Positions 33,058 through 46,520 of a stretch of 64,000 nucleotides of DNA are shown one piece after another. The DNA is from Eledone cirrhosa (Eukaryota), in contig OZ024749.1 in the NCBI GenBank assembly GCA_964016885.1, positions 5,890,001 to 5,954,000 of the forward strand, in the 5' to 3' direction. Position numbers and translations under genes: made by a program. The first letter of the stretch is position 1; each line of letters opens with the position of its first letter. The notes under the pieces were generated by a model that searched no databases, was not told the origin of the DNA, and was given only the letters and a program-made list of their open reading frames with translations.

Positions 33058-33230
33058 TGAAATTTTAGTAAGTAAGTTAATTTTTATAATTTTCTTATTT
33101 TACGTCTTTCATATATATATATATATAGATAGATACATATATATATACATACATATATATATATAGATAGATATATATACATCTTCATCATCATCACCAT
33201 CACCATCATCATCATCATGGTGATGATGAT

Positions 33231-33500
33231 GTTATACTTGGGGAGGGTCATATTGTAATAATATTGCCAGAAATAATAACAGAACACACTCATTGTTTGG
33301 TTGGTTTTCGCTTCTGTATCTTTAATATCAGTTAATTTATTCGGTCCTCAATGTTTACTATTGACTGACCAACCGTCAAAAATACAGATAGAATATAGAT
33401 ATAAACACATATATATAGTCTAACAAAGTTCTTTCGTTGCACATCTGCAACATCGTCAGTGGTGCTATTATGTTCCTCCTGTTGTATTATATATCTACGC
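33231..33500 (-). mobile_element. Dispersed element homologous to 59701-59985, with HHR-like core
   Basis: Minus strand CTGACGA-tgttgca-gatg-tgcaac-GAAA. Confidence 0.6.
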
Positions 33501-33544
33501 CATCTTCCTTCATTATATCTCAATATATATATAGAGAGAGAAAG

Positions 33545-35235
33545 ATCATCATAATCATCATCATCGTTATTTTATGTCAGCTCTTCCCTACTTGCAAGGG
33601 TCGGACGGGTCTTATTCAGCACAACATCTCTCCACTTGTCACGGTCCTACGTCATCTCCACCGTGAGCTTCAGCAATCTGTGGTCTGTTCTCACCACCTC
33701 CACCCACGTTTTTCGTAGTCTACCTCTCCCACGTCTTCCTTCAACTGGCATTTCCTGGCACTTCTTTACCAATCGCTCATCCTCCATGCGCATCACATGT
33801 CCATACCACCTAAGTCTCCTCTCCCATACACTACATTCTATCCCTCTCAGACAGTTTCTCTCTCAACACATTCATACTGGGCCGTTCATGCACATTGATA
33901 CTGCACATCCAGTGGAGCATGCTTGCCTCATTTCTCTCCAGTCGTCGCATATCCTCTGCAGTTGCTGCCCATGTCTCACTACCATGCAACATCGACATCA
34001 CACAGACATCATATAAGCGGCTTATCGTACGCAGGGAGAAACACTTCTTCGACAGCAGAGGACGCAACTCCCTAAACTTCTTCCAACCCGTCCTTATTCT
34101 AGATACTATGACCTCGGAACACCCCCTCCCATGCTAATCTGATCTCCTAGGTACCGGAAGCTATCCACCACTTCTATAGCACCCGCCTGCATTTGAGAAA
34201 TGTGTCTATCAATGCGACTTCTACTGTCTAATTTCCCTGTACATCTACTGCATACATATTTCTCCCTACCTGTTAGTTTGCCTGCTATCCCGCTACATCT
34301 CTTGTGTACCCAGGATCTGCATTGTGTGCATTTTATAGAATTTATGCCAGTTCCTTTTCTGCATATCGAACATGGCCTGACGGAATCAGAGTTTTGTCCT
34401 CTTTTCTACTAATCAACACTTTTTGTCTTAGCTAAGTTCACTCTCAGTCCTCTTGCTTCCAACTGCTGTTTCCATAGCCAGAATTTATTCTCTAGCTCCT
34501 CTACTGATTCTGCTATAAGAACCAGATCATCACCATAGAGAAGTTCCCATCGACAGCCAGTCTTAAACTCCTCTGTTATGGCTTGGAGGACTATAATGAA
34601 CAAGAGCGGGCTGAGGAACGAACCTTGATGTACCCCTACTTGCATCTGGAATTCCTCACAAAACTCCATTCCTACCCTGACTTTACTGACAGTACCTCTG
34701 TACAAAGTTTGCAGTCCTCACAAGCCATTCCTCAACACATAGTTTACTTAGGGACCACCAGATGACAGATCAGGGTACCCTATCAAAGGCCTTCTCTTGG
34801 TCAACAAACGCTAAGTATAGTGGCTTATTTTCTCTAACAACCTCTCTTGCAATTGTCTCACCAAGAAGAGGGCATCTGTTGTACTCTTGCCAGGCACAAA
34901 ACCAAACTGCATCTCATCGAGTTTGACCCTTTCTCTAATTAGTTGTGCTAATATCCTTTCTGCCACTTTCATAACCTCATCCATCAGTTTTATACCCCTA
35001 TAATTGCTCCACTCCAGAGCACCCCCTTTACCGTTGTAGCAATTTATGAGAATACTGCTGCACCAGTCTTTGGGTATGACACCACCATATATAGCCTGAT
35101 TGATGATGCGTGCAACCAGCTTAGTGCCTACGTCCTCAGATGCCTTCGGCATCTCAGCAACTATTCCCGATGGTCCAGCAGCCTTACCATTTTTCATTTC
35201 CTTCATCGCCTCTTGGACCTTATATTCGTCAATCT
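33545..35235 (-). pseudogene. RTE LINE fragment (RT), multiple frameshifts
   Basis: MKNGKAAGPSGI, NYRGIKL, QFGFVPGKSTTDA, GVHQGS, LLYGDDL, MLHGSETW; (GAT)n tail. Confidence 0.9.
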
Positions 35236-35259
35236 CAATATATATATATATATATCTTT

Positions 35260-36164
35260 CTCAGTGTGTTTGGCCTCTTAACTTACGTTCTTGCTCTAGA
35301 ACACTAGCTTCTATGGAGCACTTGCCTCACTCCTCTGAAGGTGTCTTTCGCTAATTTCCAATAGCCGAAATACGATCCTCGCTAATTTATATTTGTATTA
35401 ATCTCCAGAATTTAGCTATTATCCAGTTAATTTTTTTGAATTTTTTAGTTAATCCTATTGACTCTTGTTAATTTTTAAACGATTCTGTCAAGAGCTTAAT
35501 TCGATTTGTGATTTTTTGCAATTTTGCAATAACACACCTACTGAATTCATCCGGCAAAACTATGGGTTGTTTCCCTTATCGAGCCCTATTTGGGTTTTTG
35601 ATAACGGTTAGTCCTTGGCTTTGCACAGATCTAAATGCCTGTTGAAAAAGTGACTTCCTTGTTCGATTATCGTACCAAATGCTTAAGCAGACAGTACTTG
35701 ATTTAGGAGTTGCAGAAACCCCATACTGGATATTACCAACCTTCCGGGGTTCTGGGTGTAATTTTCAATCATATTTTATTATTATTATTATTATTATTAT
35801 TGGACGCCATGCTTTCTAGCATAGTTACGTCCCTTTACGATCTGAGTTCAAATCCCGCTGAAGTTGACTTTGCCTTTCTTCCTTACGGGGTCGATAAAAT
35901 AAAGTACCAGTAATGTACTGGGTGTTTTCTGGCCTTGTGCCTAAAGTAGAAACAATTATTATTATTATGTGTTTAACCCGAAATGGCATGATCGTTTCTA
36001 TGACTGTGTGGACAATGGTTTAACCATCGTCTCAGTGTGTTTGGCTTCTTAACTTACATTGTTGCTCTAGAACACTAGCTTCTATGGAGTGCTTGCCTCA
36101 CTCCTCGGAAGGTGTCTTTCGCTAATTTCCAATAGCCAAAATATGATCCTCACTAATTTATATT

Positions 36165-36168
<4 letters not shown>
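35260..36168. mobile_element. Element with ~138-bp direct terminal repeats (35260-35397, 36031-36168), interrupted by a SINE
   Basis: ctcagtgtgtttgg...ctaatttatatttgta present twice. Confidence 0.6.
35801..35955 (+). mobile_element. SINE family 2 (5'-truncated)
   Basis: Homology to 45334-45515. Confidence 0.8.
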
Positions 36169-36207
<39 letters not shown>

Positions 36208-36210
<3 letters not shown>

Positions 36211-36402
36211 CGAGTAGGACCCCGACGGCTGAGCTCAAGCCGTTTCGACGGCTAATTCTGGACTCAATCCAGAATTAGCCGTCGAAACGGCTTGAGCTCA
36301 GCTGTCGGGATCCTACTCGTTCCTATCACCCACTCTACTACCCTAAGTATTGAGTACTTTGGTGCATTATGGTCCACCTGGTTCCTTACCACATTTCCTT
36401 CG

Positions 36403-36404
<2 letters not shown>
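36208..36404 (+). mobile_element. Fold-back element (palindrome 36208-36322 plus tail)
   Basis: gaacgagtagga...tctgga ctcaa tccaga...tcctactcgttc; flanked by (TA)n. Confidence 0.75.
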
Positions 36405-36493
<89 letters not shown>

Positions 36494-36574
36494 TATATAC
36501 ACATATATATATATAGATATAAGCCTAATATATATATACATTTTATCTCTATATATAGAGAGATAGAGAGAGAA

Positions 36575-36646
<72 letters not shown>

Positions 36647-36813
36647 ATATATACATATATGTATATATATACATATCTATATATATATTATATATATACA
36701 TATATATATTATATATATGTATATACATATAATATATATATATATACACATATCATATATATATACAAATAAATGCATAATACATATATATATACACAAC
36801 CATACACATATAC

Positions 36814-36888
<75 letters not shown>

Positions 36889-37590
36889 TATATATATAAA
36901 CATGTAACCTGGAAAGTTTCCAGGAAAGAAATTAGAAAGAAATGTTATCAACTTATTTTCTCCACTGCTAAAACATTCCAGAAACTGGTCAATTTCTAAT
37001 AATAAAGTGTAAATTATATAGAATTCACCACACCAATAAATGGTTATTGGCTGATGGAACTTTTAATAATACCATTACACATGGTGAGCCACTTTATGAC
37101 ATTCCTAGCATTCTATAATAGAATATTCCCACCGAAATAATGATTTTTAGCTAAACAAAAAAAAAAAAAAAGAAACTGTTGCTCATAAAAAAAAAAAAAG
37201 AGGAAACAAACTACAAGCTTTAATCCTTTAGGTACCATATATAGTTGAAAGAACTGCAGGAAAGTATATTTTCCCTTTGGTTTTTGGTTGTCTACCTATC
37301 ACAGTAGAGTTGGTTTTTATTTTTTAGATTTATTCCATAATAAGACTGCCAACTTTTGAATATTTCAGTAATAAATTTCATGCTAAAGAATGCCATTGGA
37401 TAAACGACTTCTTTATTAATAACAGAAAAAATAGCCATCACTTTAACTCACTCACTGCTCTCTCTCTTTCAGCAATATATTTATATATATATATGTATCT
37501 TAGCATGTCTAAAACATCACATGACATAACATAAATATTGACACAATGCGTGTATGTATGTATGTACACATACAGAGACACACATATATA

Positions 37591-37625
<35 letters not shown>

Positions 37626-37760
37626 TGTATGTATGTATATATATATATATATATTATATATATATATATATATATACATACATATATATATATATATCTG
37701 TGAGTTTATGAATATATACATATATATATATATATGTGAGTTTATGAGTGTATACATACA

Positions 37761-37808
<48 letters not shown>

Positions 37809-38134
37809 GATAATTATATGATAGCAAAAAGAATATACATGTATATATAAGATAAAATGAGCACTCTCTTATTTCCCCCACAAAGAATGAAATGAAATAG
37901 AATAAAATACATAAAAATGTTGTTGATATCTATGAAAGATCTATGGCAAATCATGTATGAGCAAATATACAAACACATACATACACACACATACACACAT
38001 ATATATATATATACACACATACGCATATACTTGCATTATATACTGAAATTTATGAATTTTTACCAATAGAAAAACACCAATGACTATGACAACAAGAACA
38101 TGTATATTTATATATCTATCTATACATACATACA

Positions 38135-38215
<81 letters not shown>

Positions 38216-38255
38216 TACACATATACATATATATATACATATATATATATGCATG

Positions 38256-38329
<74 letters not shown>

Positions 38330-38390
38330 CGTATATACACACATACATATATATATATACATATATATACATATATATATATACATATAC

Positions 38391-38436
<46 letters not shown>

Positions 38437-38910
38437 ATATATATAAATATATATATAAACATATATATATATATGTATATTTACATAGGTATTGAATGTA
38501 TAACAACAGATGAGGTATAACAAGCAAAAACTTTTACATTTTCTGTAGTAGAAACAAAATTCTGAATTTAAACTATGAAAAAAATATATATTAATGCTAA
38601 AAATAATAATATTTTCTAATTTTCTGGGGTTTTTTTTTTTCCTTTTTACATAATAATGAATAAAACGCACATGTATTTTTGCATTTGAAAGCGTGCATAG
38701 AGGTGTCTGTAATATATATATATTTTCTCCCAAAGATTTATCACATATAGATATATAAAAATATATATATGTCTATTTGAAATCCTTTCAGCTTAAGTTA
38801 ATGTATTATATAGCGTATTCTTCGGAAAAAGTTCTTTACAACCACAATCAGAATCTAAGAAAAATATGAAATATTTTCAAATGATATTATAATTTTTAGA
38901 AATTTTACAA

Positions 38911-40520
38911 TTGTGTGTATGTGTGAGACCGAGTGTGAGTGTGTAGTGTATGTGTGAGAGTGTGTGTGAGTGTGTAGTGTGTTTGGTGTGAGTGTGTGTG
39001 ATAGCGTGTGTGAGTGTGTGGTGTGAGTGTGTTCGTTTGAGTGAGACCGTGTGTAACTGTGTGTCTGAGCGTGGGTGTATGTGTGAGAGTGTGTGAGTGT
39101 GTGTGTGAGTGTGTGTGTGAGTGTGTGTGTGAGAGTGTGTGAGTGTGTGTGTTTGTGTGAGACCGTGTGTGACTGTGTGTCTGAGTGTGGGTGTGTGTGT
39201 GAGTGTCTTTGGTGTGAGTGTGTGTGTTTGTGTGAGACCGTGTGTAACTGTGTGTCTGAGTGTGTGTGCATGTGTGAGAGTGTGTGAGTGCGTGTTTGAG
39301 TGTGTGAGTGTGTGTGATAGCGCTGTGTATGTTTGGTGTGTGTTTATGTGAGAGAGCATGTGTGTGTGTTTGGTGTGTGTGTCTATGTGTGAGAGCATGT
39401 GAGTGTCCGTTTGGTGTGTATGTGTGAGAGTATGTGAGCATGTGTTTGGTGTGCGTGTGTGTGTGTTTGGTGTGTGTGTGTGTGTGTATGTTTGAGAACA
39501 TGCGAGTCTGTGTTTGGTGTGCGTATGTATGTGTGAGAGTGTGTGTGTGAGAGCATGTGGATGTATGTTTGGTGTGTGTGTGTGTGTGTGTGAGCGTGTG
39601 AGTGTATGTTTGGTGTGTGCGTGAGCGTGTGAGTGTATGTTTGGTGTGTGTATGTGTGTGAGAGCATGTGAGTGTATGTTTGGTGTGTGTGTGTCTGAGA
39701 GAGTGTGTGAGTGTATGTTTGGTGTGTGTGTGTGAGCGTGTGAGTGTATGTTTGGTGTGTGTGTGTGTGTGAGAGAGAGCGTGTGTGTGTGGGGGTATGT
39801 GCCTTCCTTCTTGTAAGTGTTTGTGTGTTTTTATAAATGTGCATATGCGTGTATTTGTGTATGAGTGTATGTTTGTGTGTTTATGTTCATGTGTGTGTGT
39901 TCATACACATGAGTATCTATCTCTGTGTATTTATGTATATGTGTGTGTGTGCGTATGTATGAGAGAGTGTGTTTGTGCATGTGTATATGCTTGTGTGCCT
40001 TCATGTGTGTGTATATGTCTCTGAGTGTTCATTCACGTTTGCATGAATGAGTGAGTGTGTTTGTCTGTCTATGTAATTATGTATATGTGTGTGTGTGTAA
40101 GGGTGTAAGGTGTTTGTATAAGTGTGGGTTAGTGAATGGTTGTATGTGTATGTATGTGTATATGTGTATGTGTAAGCATTTGTTTGTATAAGTGTGAGGT
40201 AGTGAATGTTGTACGTGTATGTGTATGTTGATGTATGTGTATATATATGTATGTGTATGTTGATGTATGTGTATACGTATGTGTATGTTTGTACGAGTGT
40301 GGGTGAGTGAATATATGCGTTTGTATGTTTATGTTTGGTATATGTATGTGTGTGTAAATGTACGTTTGATTAAGTGTCGGTTAGTAAATGTATATATGTG
40401 TATGTATGTTGATGTATGTGTATATGTATGTGTGTGTAAGTGTATGTTTGCGTAAGTGTGGGTGAGTAAATGTTTGCATGCGTATGTATGTTCATATATG
40501 TGTATATGTTTATGTGTATC
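38911..40520. repeat. GT-rich low-complexity/minisatellite region
   Basis: Direct. Confidence 0.9.
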
Positions 40521-40862
40521 CATGCATATACATGTGTGTAAGTCTCTGATGTATGATTTTTCTTGTAATGGTAGGAAGGTGGCATGTGGGAAGATATGCA
40601 GAGAACATTTGTGTTAACATGTGACTCAAATATCACAGCTTTTAACATGTCTGTATGTAGGAAAATTGCTCAGGTTCCTGTACAAATTGATCACATAATT
40701 TCAAAACAGTTTGAGTTGTTTTTAAAGTGTATAACACACTTTAAACAAACATTTACAGAATATATATTCATATACTTATATAAATATATATATATATATA
40801 TGTATGTATATGTATATACATATATATATGTATGTATATGTATATACATATATATATGTATG

Positions 40863-40961
<99 letters not shown>

Positions 40962-41013
40962 ATGTATATATATATATATATATAATCTATACACAAACAT
41001 ATTTGTATGTATA

Positions 41014-41110
<97 letters not shown>

Positions 41111-41270
41111 GATTAAGAAGCATTGTTTCTCTCAGGAATGTCTGAAAGATTTTAGATACCATTTTCTACAACAAAATGATTTCCTCTAATGGAATATAAT
41201 CATGTACATACTCATATATAAATATATATATATACTTAAATATATATATACATATATATATGTATATATA

Positions 41271-41704
41271 TCATCATCATCATCATCACCGTTTTACGTC
41301 CGTTCTTCATGCTAGCATGGGTTAGATGGATTGTCCTGTTGTGGGCAGTGTCCAGTCGGCTGACCTTGTCTTGCTCATACGGGAACTGATTCCTGCAGCT
41401 GGATGCCCTTCCTAACACCAACCTCATTTACAGTGAGTGCTGGGTGCTTTTTCGCCGTGGCACCTACACGTCCACTTTACAATGAGTGCTGGGTGCTTTT
41501 TTGCTATGGCACCTCCACGACCACTTTGTAGTGGAATGATAGGGACCCCAGTCCTATCATCTCATTTCTACAGCTGAGTAAACTGGAGCAATGTGAAATA
41601 AAGTGTCTTGCTCAAGGAAAGAACACATCATCCGGTCCGAGAATTGAACTCACAACCTTTCGATTGCTAGGCCAATGCTCTAACCACTAAGCCATGTGCC
41701 TCCA
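41271..41704 (-). mobile_element. tRNA SINE family 1 with RTE-like tail
   Basis: Close to 250-632. Confidence 0.8.
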
Positions 41705-42549
41705 CATATATATATATACATATATAGAGATAGAGAGGGGCTCTAACCACTAAGCCATGCACCTTATATATATATAAACTGCTTTTTTCACCTCATCCCG
41801 TCATCACTAGGTTGTGTTCACGCGTGTTTTGTTAGTTCATTTCTACATGCTGTCGCTTGCCTGCTTTTAACTCCCAGTGGATTATTTTTTTCCCTCGGTA
41901 TTTTAGCAGTGGTGATTTAGTTAATGTGTTGAGCACTACTGAAGATCGACTCCAACCGTGACTAATCCCACTAACACTCTCGTGAAATCGTCTTTTAAGA
42001 CTATATAGTGCATTTGTAGTTTTCCCCAAATTGACGGTTAAGTATTACTTCTTGATTTTATTTTGAATTGAGATTGTACTGCTTTTTCCCGAACTTACAT
42101 AAAGTTTGACGACAAAGTTTTTCTTCTTGATTTGTTTAGAATTAAGATTGTATTACCTTTTCCCCCTCATCTTACATTAACATTTTTTCATCTTGATGGT
42201 ATAGTCACTTATATACCTGAATTATTGTTGGCATTTTGCTTACATTAATTTTATTTTCATTTATATATATATATATATATATATACTCATCGTCATCATT
42301 ATCACTGTTTAATGTCCATTTTTCTATACTAGTATGGGTTAGACGAATTCTCCTGTTGTGCAAAATACCAGGTCAGGTGACCATGTTTCACTCATACAGA
42401 ACTGATTTTGACTTGGTTTGTACAGCTGGATGTGCTTCCTTATGTCAACCGTATTTAGATTGTGTACTTGATGCTCTTTGTCACCTACATGGCCACTTTA
42501 CAGTGAGGGCTGGATGCTTTTTGTTGTGATTCCTCCACACACACTTATA

Positions 42550-42975
42550 TATGCATATTGCTGTAGTGGAGTCTGTGTTGCTGTACGGGGCTGAGACTTG
42601 GACACTGACCAAGAAACTCACTCAGATGGTGGATGGGTGCTACACGAGAATGCTGAGGATGGCTCTGAACATCAATCAATATACACTGAGGATGAAGAAC
42701 TCGGAGCTGTATGGGATCCTCCCAAAAGTCAGCTCAAATGTGTCACAGAGGAGACTGAGGTTAGCTGGACATGCTCACTGACATCCAGTTGTTGTCACTG
42801 CACTCCGTGCTCCTGTGGGAGCACCTGCATGGACACACTGGAAGAGGAAGACAAAGGTTAACGTATGTTGATGCCCTAAGGACTGACACTGGACACACAC
42901 AGGACATGGCAGCAATAATGAGGGACTAAGACCGCTGGAGAGAACTCGTCCATGGATCTCGGGAATTTTAACCGC
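42550..42975 (+). pseudogene. RTE/RTEX-like LINE 3' fragment
   Basis: VESVLLYGAETWTLTKK...RRLRLAGH. Confidence 0.75.
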
Positions 42976-43004
42976 CCTAAATATATATATATATATATAA
43001 ACAA

Positions 43005-43595
43005 GGCCCTCTACTGTTTATTATCATATTGCAGGCTATAACAGAGGAGTTTAAGACAGGATGCCCATGGGAACTTCTGTATGCAGATGATCTTACACTT
43101 ATAGCTGAATATATGGTGGAACTAGAGAAGAAATTCCAAACATAGAAAGAGGGCCTAGAAAGAAGGGGTCTTAAAGTCAACCTGAAAAAGACTAAGGTCC
43201 TAGTAAGTAGAAAAGAAGACAGAACCCGGATCCCCTCAGGGAAATGGCCTTGCTCAGTATGTAGGAAAGGTGTATATATAGACCTAAAAACTGACCTTGC
43301 TCAATTGCACCTCTCAAAGGCGATGACACAGGACAGAGACCTTTGGTGTTACGCAGTAATACAGACGACCCGACTTCCCACAGGTACAAGCTGAAGCTGA
43401 AGCATATAGACAACACGCCCCCACCCCCTGCCACTGTAAAGTGGTCATGGAGGTGTCACAACAAAAAAGCACCCAGTCCACACTATAATGTGGTCATGTA
43501 GGTGCCACAGTAAAAAGCATCTAGTACTCACTGCAAATGAGGTAGGTGCTAGCTTGGAAGAATGGATATAAAACAGTGATGATGATGATGATGAT
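43005..43595 (+). pseudogene. Internally deleted RTE LINE fragment
   Basis: GCPWELLYADDL...GLKVNL joined directly to the 3' end and UTR. Confidence 0.8.
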
Positions 43596-43854
43596 TTTTT
43601 TTTCCTGCTGTCATTTATTGCAATGGTTTAAACACATTTAAACACAATATCTTACTTTCTTCTGCTTTTTTTCTTCATTTCTTTTTTTTTTTTCTTCGTT
43701 TCAATCATTACTCTCGTAATAGCACACATTTTCCCTTATGTCACATAAAATTCTGTGTGTACTTGTTGTAGCTTAATTGCTATAAATTGCTGTTATGTCT
43801 CTTGTCACTTACCCCACTGGACAGCGTTTGGCTTGAGTCAGATGCTGTGACTTC

Positions 43855-44227
43855 GGGTGAGCCAGCAGTACTGTTGGTAGGGGTCAAAACTGCAAAACTC
43901 TGGGTGAGCCAGCAGTACCGTTGGTAAGGGTCAAAACTGCCAAACTCCGGGTGAGCCAGCAGTACCGTTGGTAGGGGTCAAAACTGCCAAACTCCGGGTG
44001 AGCCAGCAGTACCGTTGGTAGGGGTCAAAACTGCCAAACTCTGGGTGAGCCAGCAGTACCGTTGGTAAGGGTCAAAACTGCCAAACTCTGGGTGAGCCAG
44101 CAGTACCGTTGGTAGGGGTCAAAACTGCCAAACTCCGGGTGAGCCAGCAGTACCGTTGGTAGGGGTCAAAACTGCCAAACTCTGGGTGAGCCAGCAGTAC
44201 CGCTGGTAGGGGTCAAAACTGCCAAAA
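43855..44227. repeat. 47-bp tandem repeat, ~8 copies
   Basis: gggtgagccagcagtaccgttggtaggggtcaaaactgccaaactcc. Confidence 0.95.
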
Positions 44228-44366
44228 TTCACCTCAACGGCTGATGACCCTGGAGTTGTCTGTCCCTCATTTGTATTTTCCTTTTTTTAAAATAATTTTA
44301 TAAGGTTTACCCTTAAAAATTCGTTTTTCATTCATTGTCGTATCTTCTCTTTGTTATTTTTCTTCT

Positions 44367-44410
<44 letters not shown>

Positions 44411-44412
<2 letters not shown>

Positions 44413-44620
44413 TGTACTGAAGAAGGGTAATCACCCAGAAACATTAATGTCGGTAGTTCTTTTTACATGCCAACACAAGAGCAAGAATGAAGGGATCATT
44501 CTACTGTCATGACTTTAAAGAGGCTAGTTTGCATAATTGAAAACAAATCAAATATTTTTATTAATATTCGAAAAACTCAGATTACATTTATTGTATTCCG
44601 TCATGTAGAGCGATAAACGA
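44411..44620 (+). mobile_element. HHR-like short element (family with 48570-48990)
   Basis: CTGAAGA-aggg/ccc-GAAA-cattaatg-TC, followed by sequence shared with 48630-48745 and 48935-48990. Confidence 0.55.
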
Positions 44621-44633
44621 TTCATTTCTTATA

Positions 44634-44673
<40 letters not shown>

Positions 44674-44677
<4 letters not shown>

Positions 44678-45275
44678 GAGACAGAGGATAAGAGGAATCA
44701 AATGCTGTGTGCAGGAGAGACGCTTGCGTTGGTATGGACGTGTGATGCGTATGAAGGATGACAGCTGCATAAAAAGGTGCAGAGCACTAGAAGTCGATCG
44801 AAACCACAGAGTGGGGAGACGCAAGAAGACCTGGGATGAGGTGATAAAAGCCAAGCTTACGCAATTACACCTCTCAAAGGCGATGACACACGACTGTGAC
44901 CACTGGTGTCACGCAGTAATACAGAAGATCCCCCCCCCCGCTCCCATGGGTACAAGCCGAAGCTGAAGCATATAGACAATATGACCCCATACCCTCCCAC
45001 TGCAAAGTGGTCGTGGAGGTGCCATGACAAAAAATCACCCAGTCCACACTGTAAAGTGACCGTGTAGTCGCCACAGAAAAAAAGCACCCAGCACTCACTG
45101 TAAATGAGGTTGGTGTTAGGAAGGGCATCCAGCTGTAGAAATCAACCCAGAATCAGTTCCTGTATGAGCAAGACAAGGTCAGCCGACCGGACACTGCCCA
45201 CAACAGGACAACCCGTCTAACCCATGCTAGCGTGGAAGAACGGACGTGAAATGGTGATGATGAGGATGATGATGA
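44674..45275 (+). mobile_element. RTE LINE 3' fragment
   Basis: RRLRWYGRVMRM; UTR; (GAT)n. Confidence 0.85.
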
Positions 45276-45333
45276 CACATATATATGTGTATAATGCATA
45301 TTTCTATAGTGTATTTGTGAGTGAATAATAAGA

Positions 45334-45515
45334 GTGGATTGGCAGTATCGGTAGAGGGTCGGGCGCCATGCTTTCCAGCATAGTTACGTCCCTTTATGAT
45401 CTGAGTTCAAATCCCGCCGAGGTTGACTTTGCCTTTCATCCTTACGGGGTCGATAAAATAAAGTACCAGTAATGCACTGGGTAATTGCTGGCCTTGTGCC
45501 TAAAGTAGAAACAAT
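45334..45515 (+). mobile_element. SINE family 2
   Basis: Full-length copy with B box. Confidence 0.8.
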
Positions 45516-46304
45516 TATATTACTATAATATTATTAATATTTGGTTTGTTTACAAGTAAACAGTCTCATAAAACACCATGTGGTAGAGATGACGATGTCA
45601 ACCTTTTGTTCCAGAAGTAGCTGAGATCAAACAATCGACAATTGACAATTGTTACTTGTTTTGGAGTCTTGCTCCTCGTCAAGTTTGTGTATTCTGCTCT
45701 TTAACTCTTGTCTGGAGCTGCTGAGAATACATAGTATTCTCGAATGTATACATCGGCTGATTAGCCTCATTTGCAAACTGAGGGATTTTACAGCCATCTT
45801 TGCCAAAAATTAAACAAAAAAATAAGATTTGTTTTCACTTCAAACATGGTGGATATCTTAAGGTTTTACATCAGAGTTTTCCTACTCCCAGAATGATCTC
45901 CTAACAAGAACTCAAGGTCTCTCACTCCCGATGAGCTAACAGTGTGCTTCGGCAATCTCAACTCCAGGTCCTCCAGAGAAGAGAGAGAGTGAATTGACCC
46001 CAATTCTGGACTGGTACCTCTTTATCAATGACAAAAGGATGAAAAGCAAGATGTTGGTGGGATTTGAACTCAGAGAAAGCCGAGAGCCAGAATGAATGTT
46101 GCAAAGCATTCTATCTCTTGTTCTAATGGCTCTGCCAATTCACCACCTCCCACCCACATATAAATATATATCTCTCATCATTTAACGTCCATTTTCCATG
46201 TTAGCATGGGTTAGATGGGTTGTCCCATTAGAGGCAAGTTGGGTCAGGTGACTGTGTCTTGCTTATATAGAACTGTTTTTGCCTAGTATATATATATATA
46301 TAGC

Positions 46305-46495
46305 AAAATGTATGACCCCGACGGCAGAGCTCAAGCCGTTTTGACGGCTATTTCTGAGTCCAGAAATAGCAGTCGAAACGGCTTGAGCTCTGCCGTCGAG
46401 GTCATACATTTTCCTGTTACCCACTCTACTACCCAAAGTATTGAGTACTCTGGTGTGTTATGGTCCATCTGGTTCCTTACCACAACTCCTTCGTT
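46305..46495 (+). mobile_element. Fold-back element (palindrome 46305-46412 plus tail)
   Basis: aaaatgtatgacccc...gaggtcatacatttt; same family as 36208. Confidence 0.75.
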
Positions 46496-46520
46496 TTATA
46501 TATATATATATGTATATATA

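Larger units (their letters stand above)
32126..33112 (+). mobile_element. 531-bp tandem dimer with one HHR per unit (retrozyme/pLTR-like)
   Basis: Duplicate ORFs offset by 531; CTGATGA at 32449 and 32980; GAAA-ctaattag-TT-ggagt. Confidence 0.75.
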
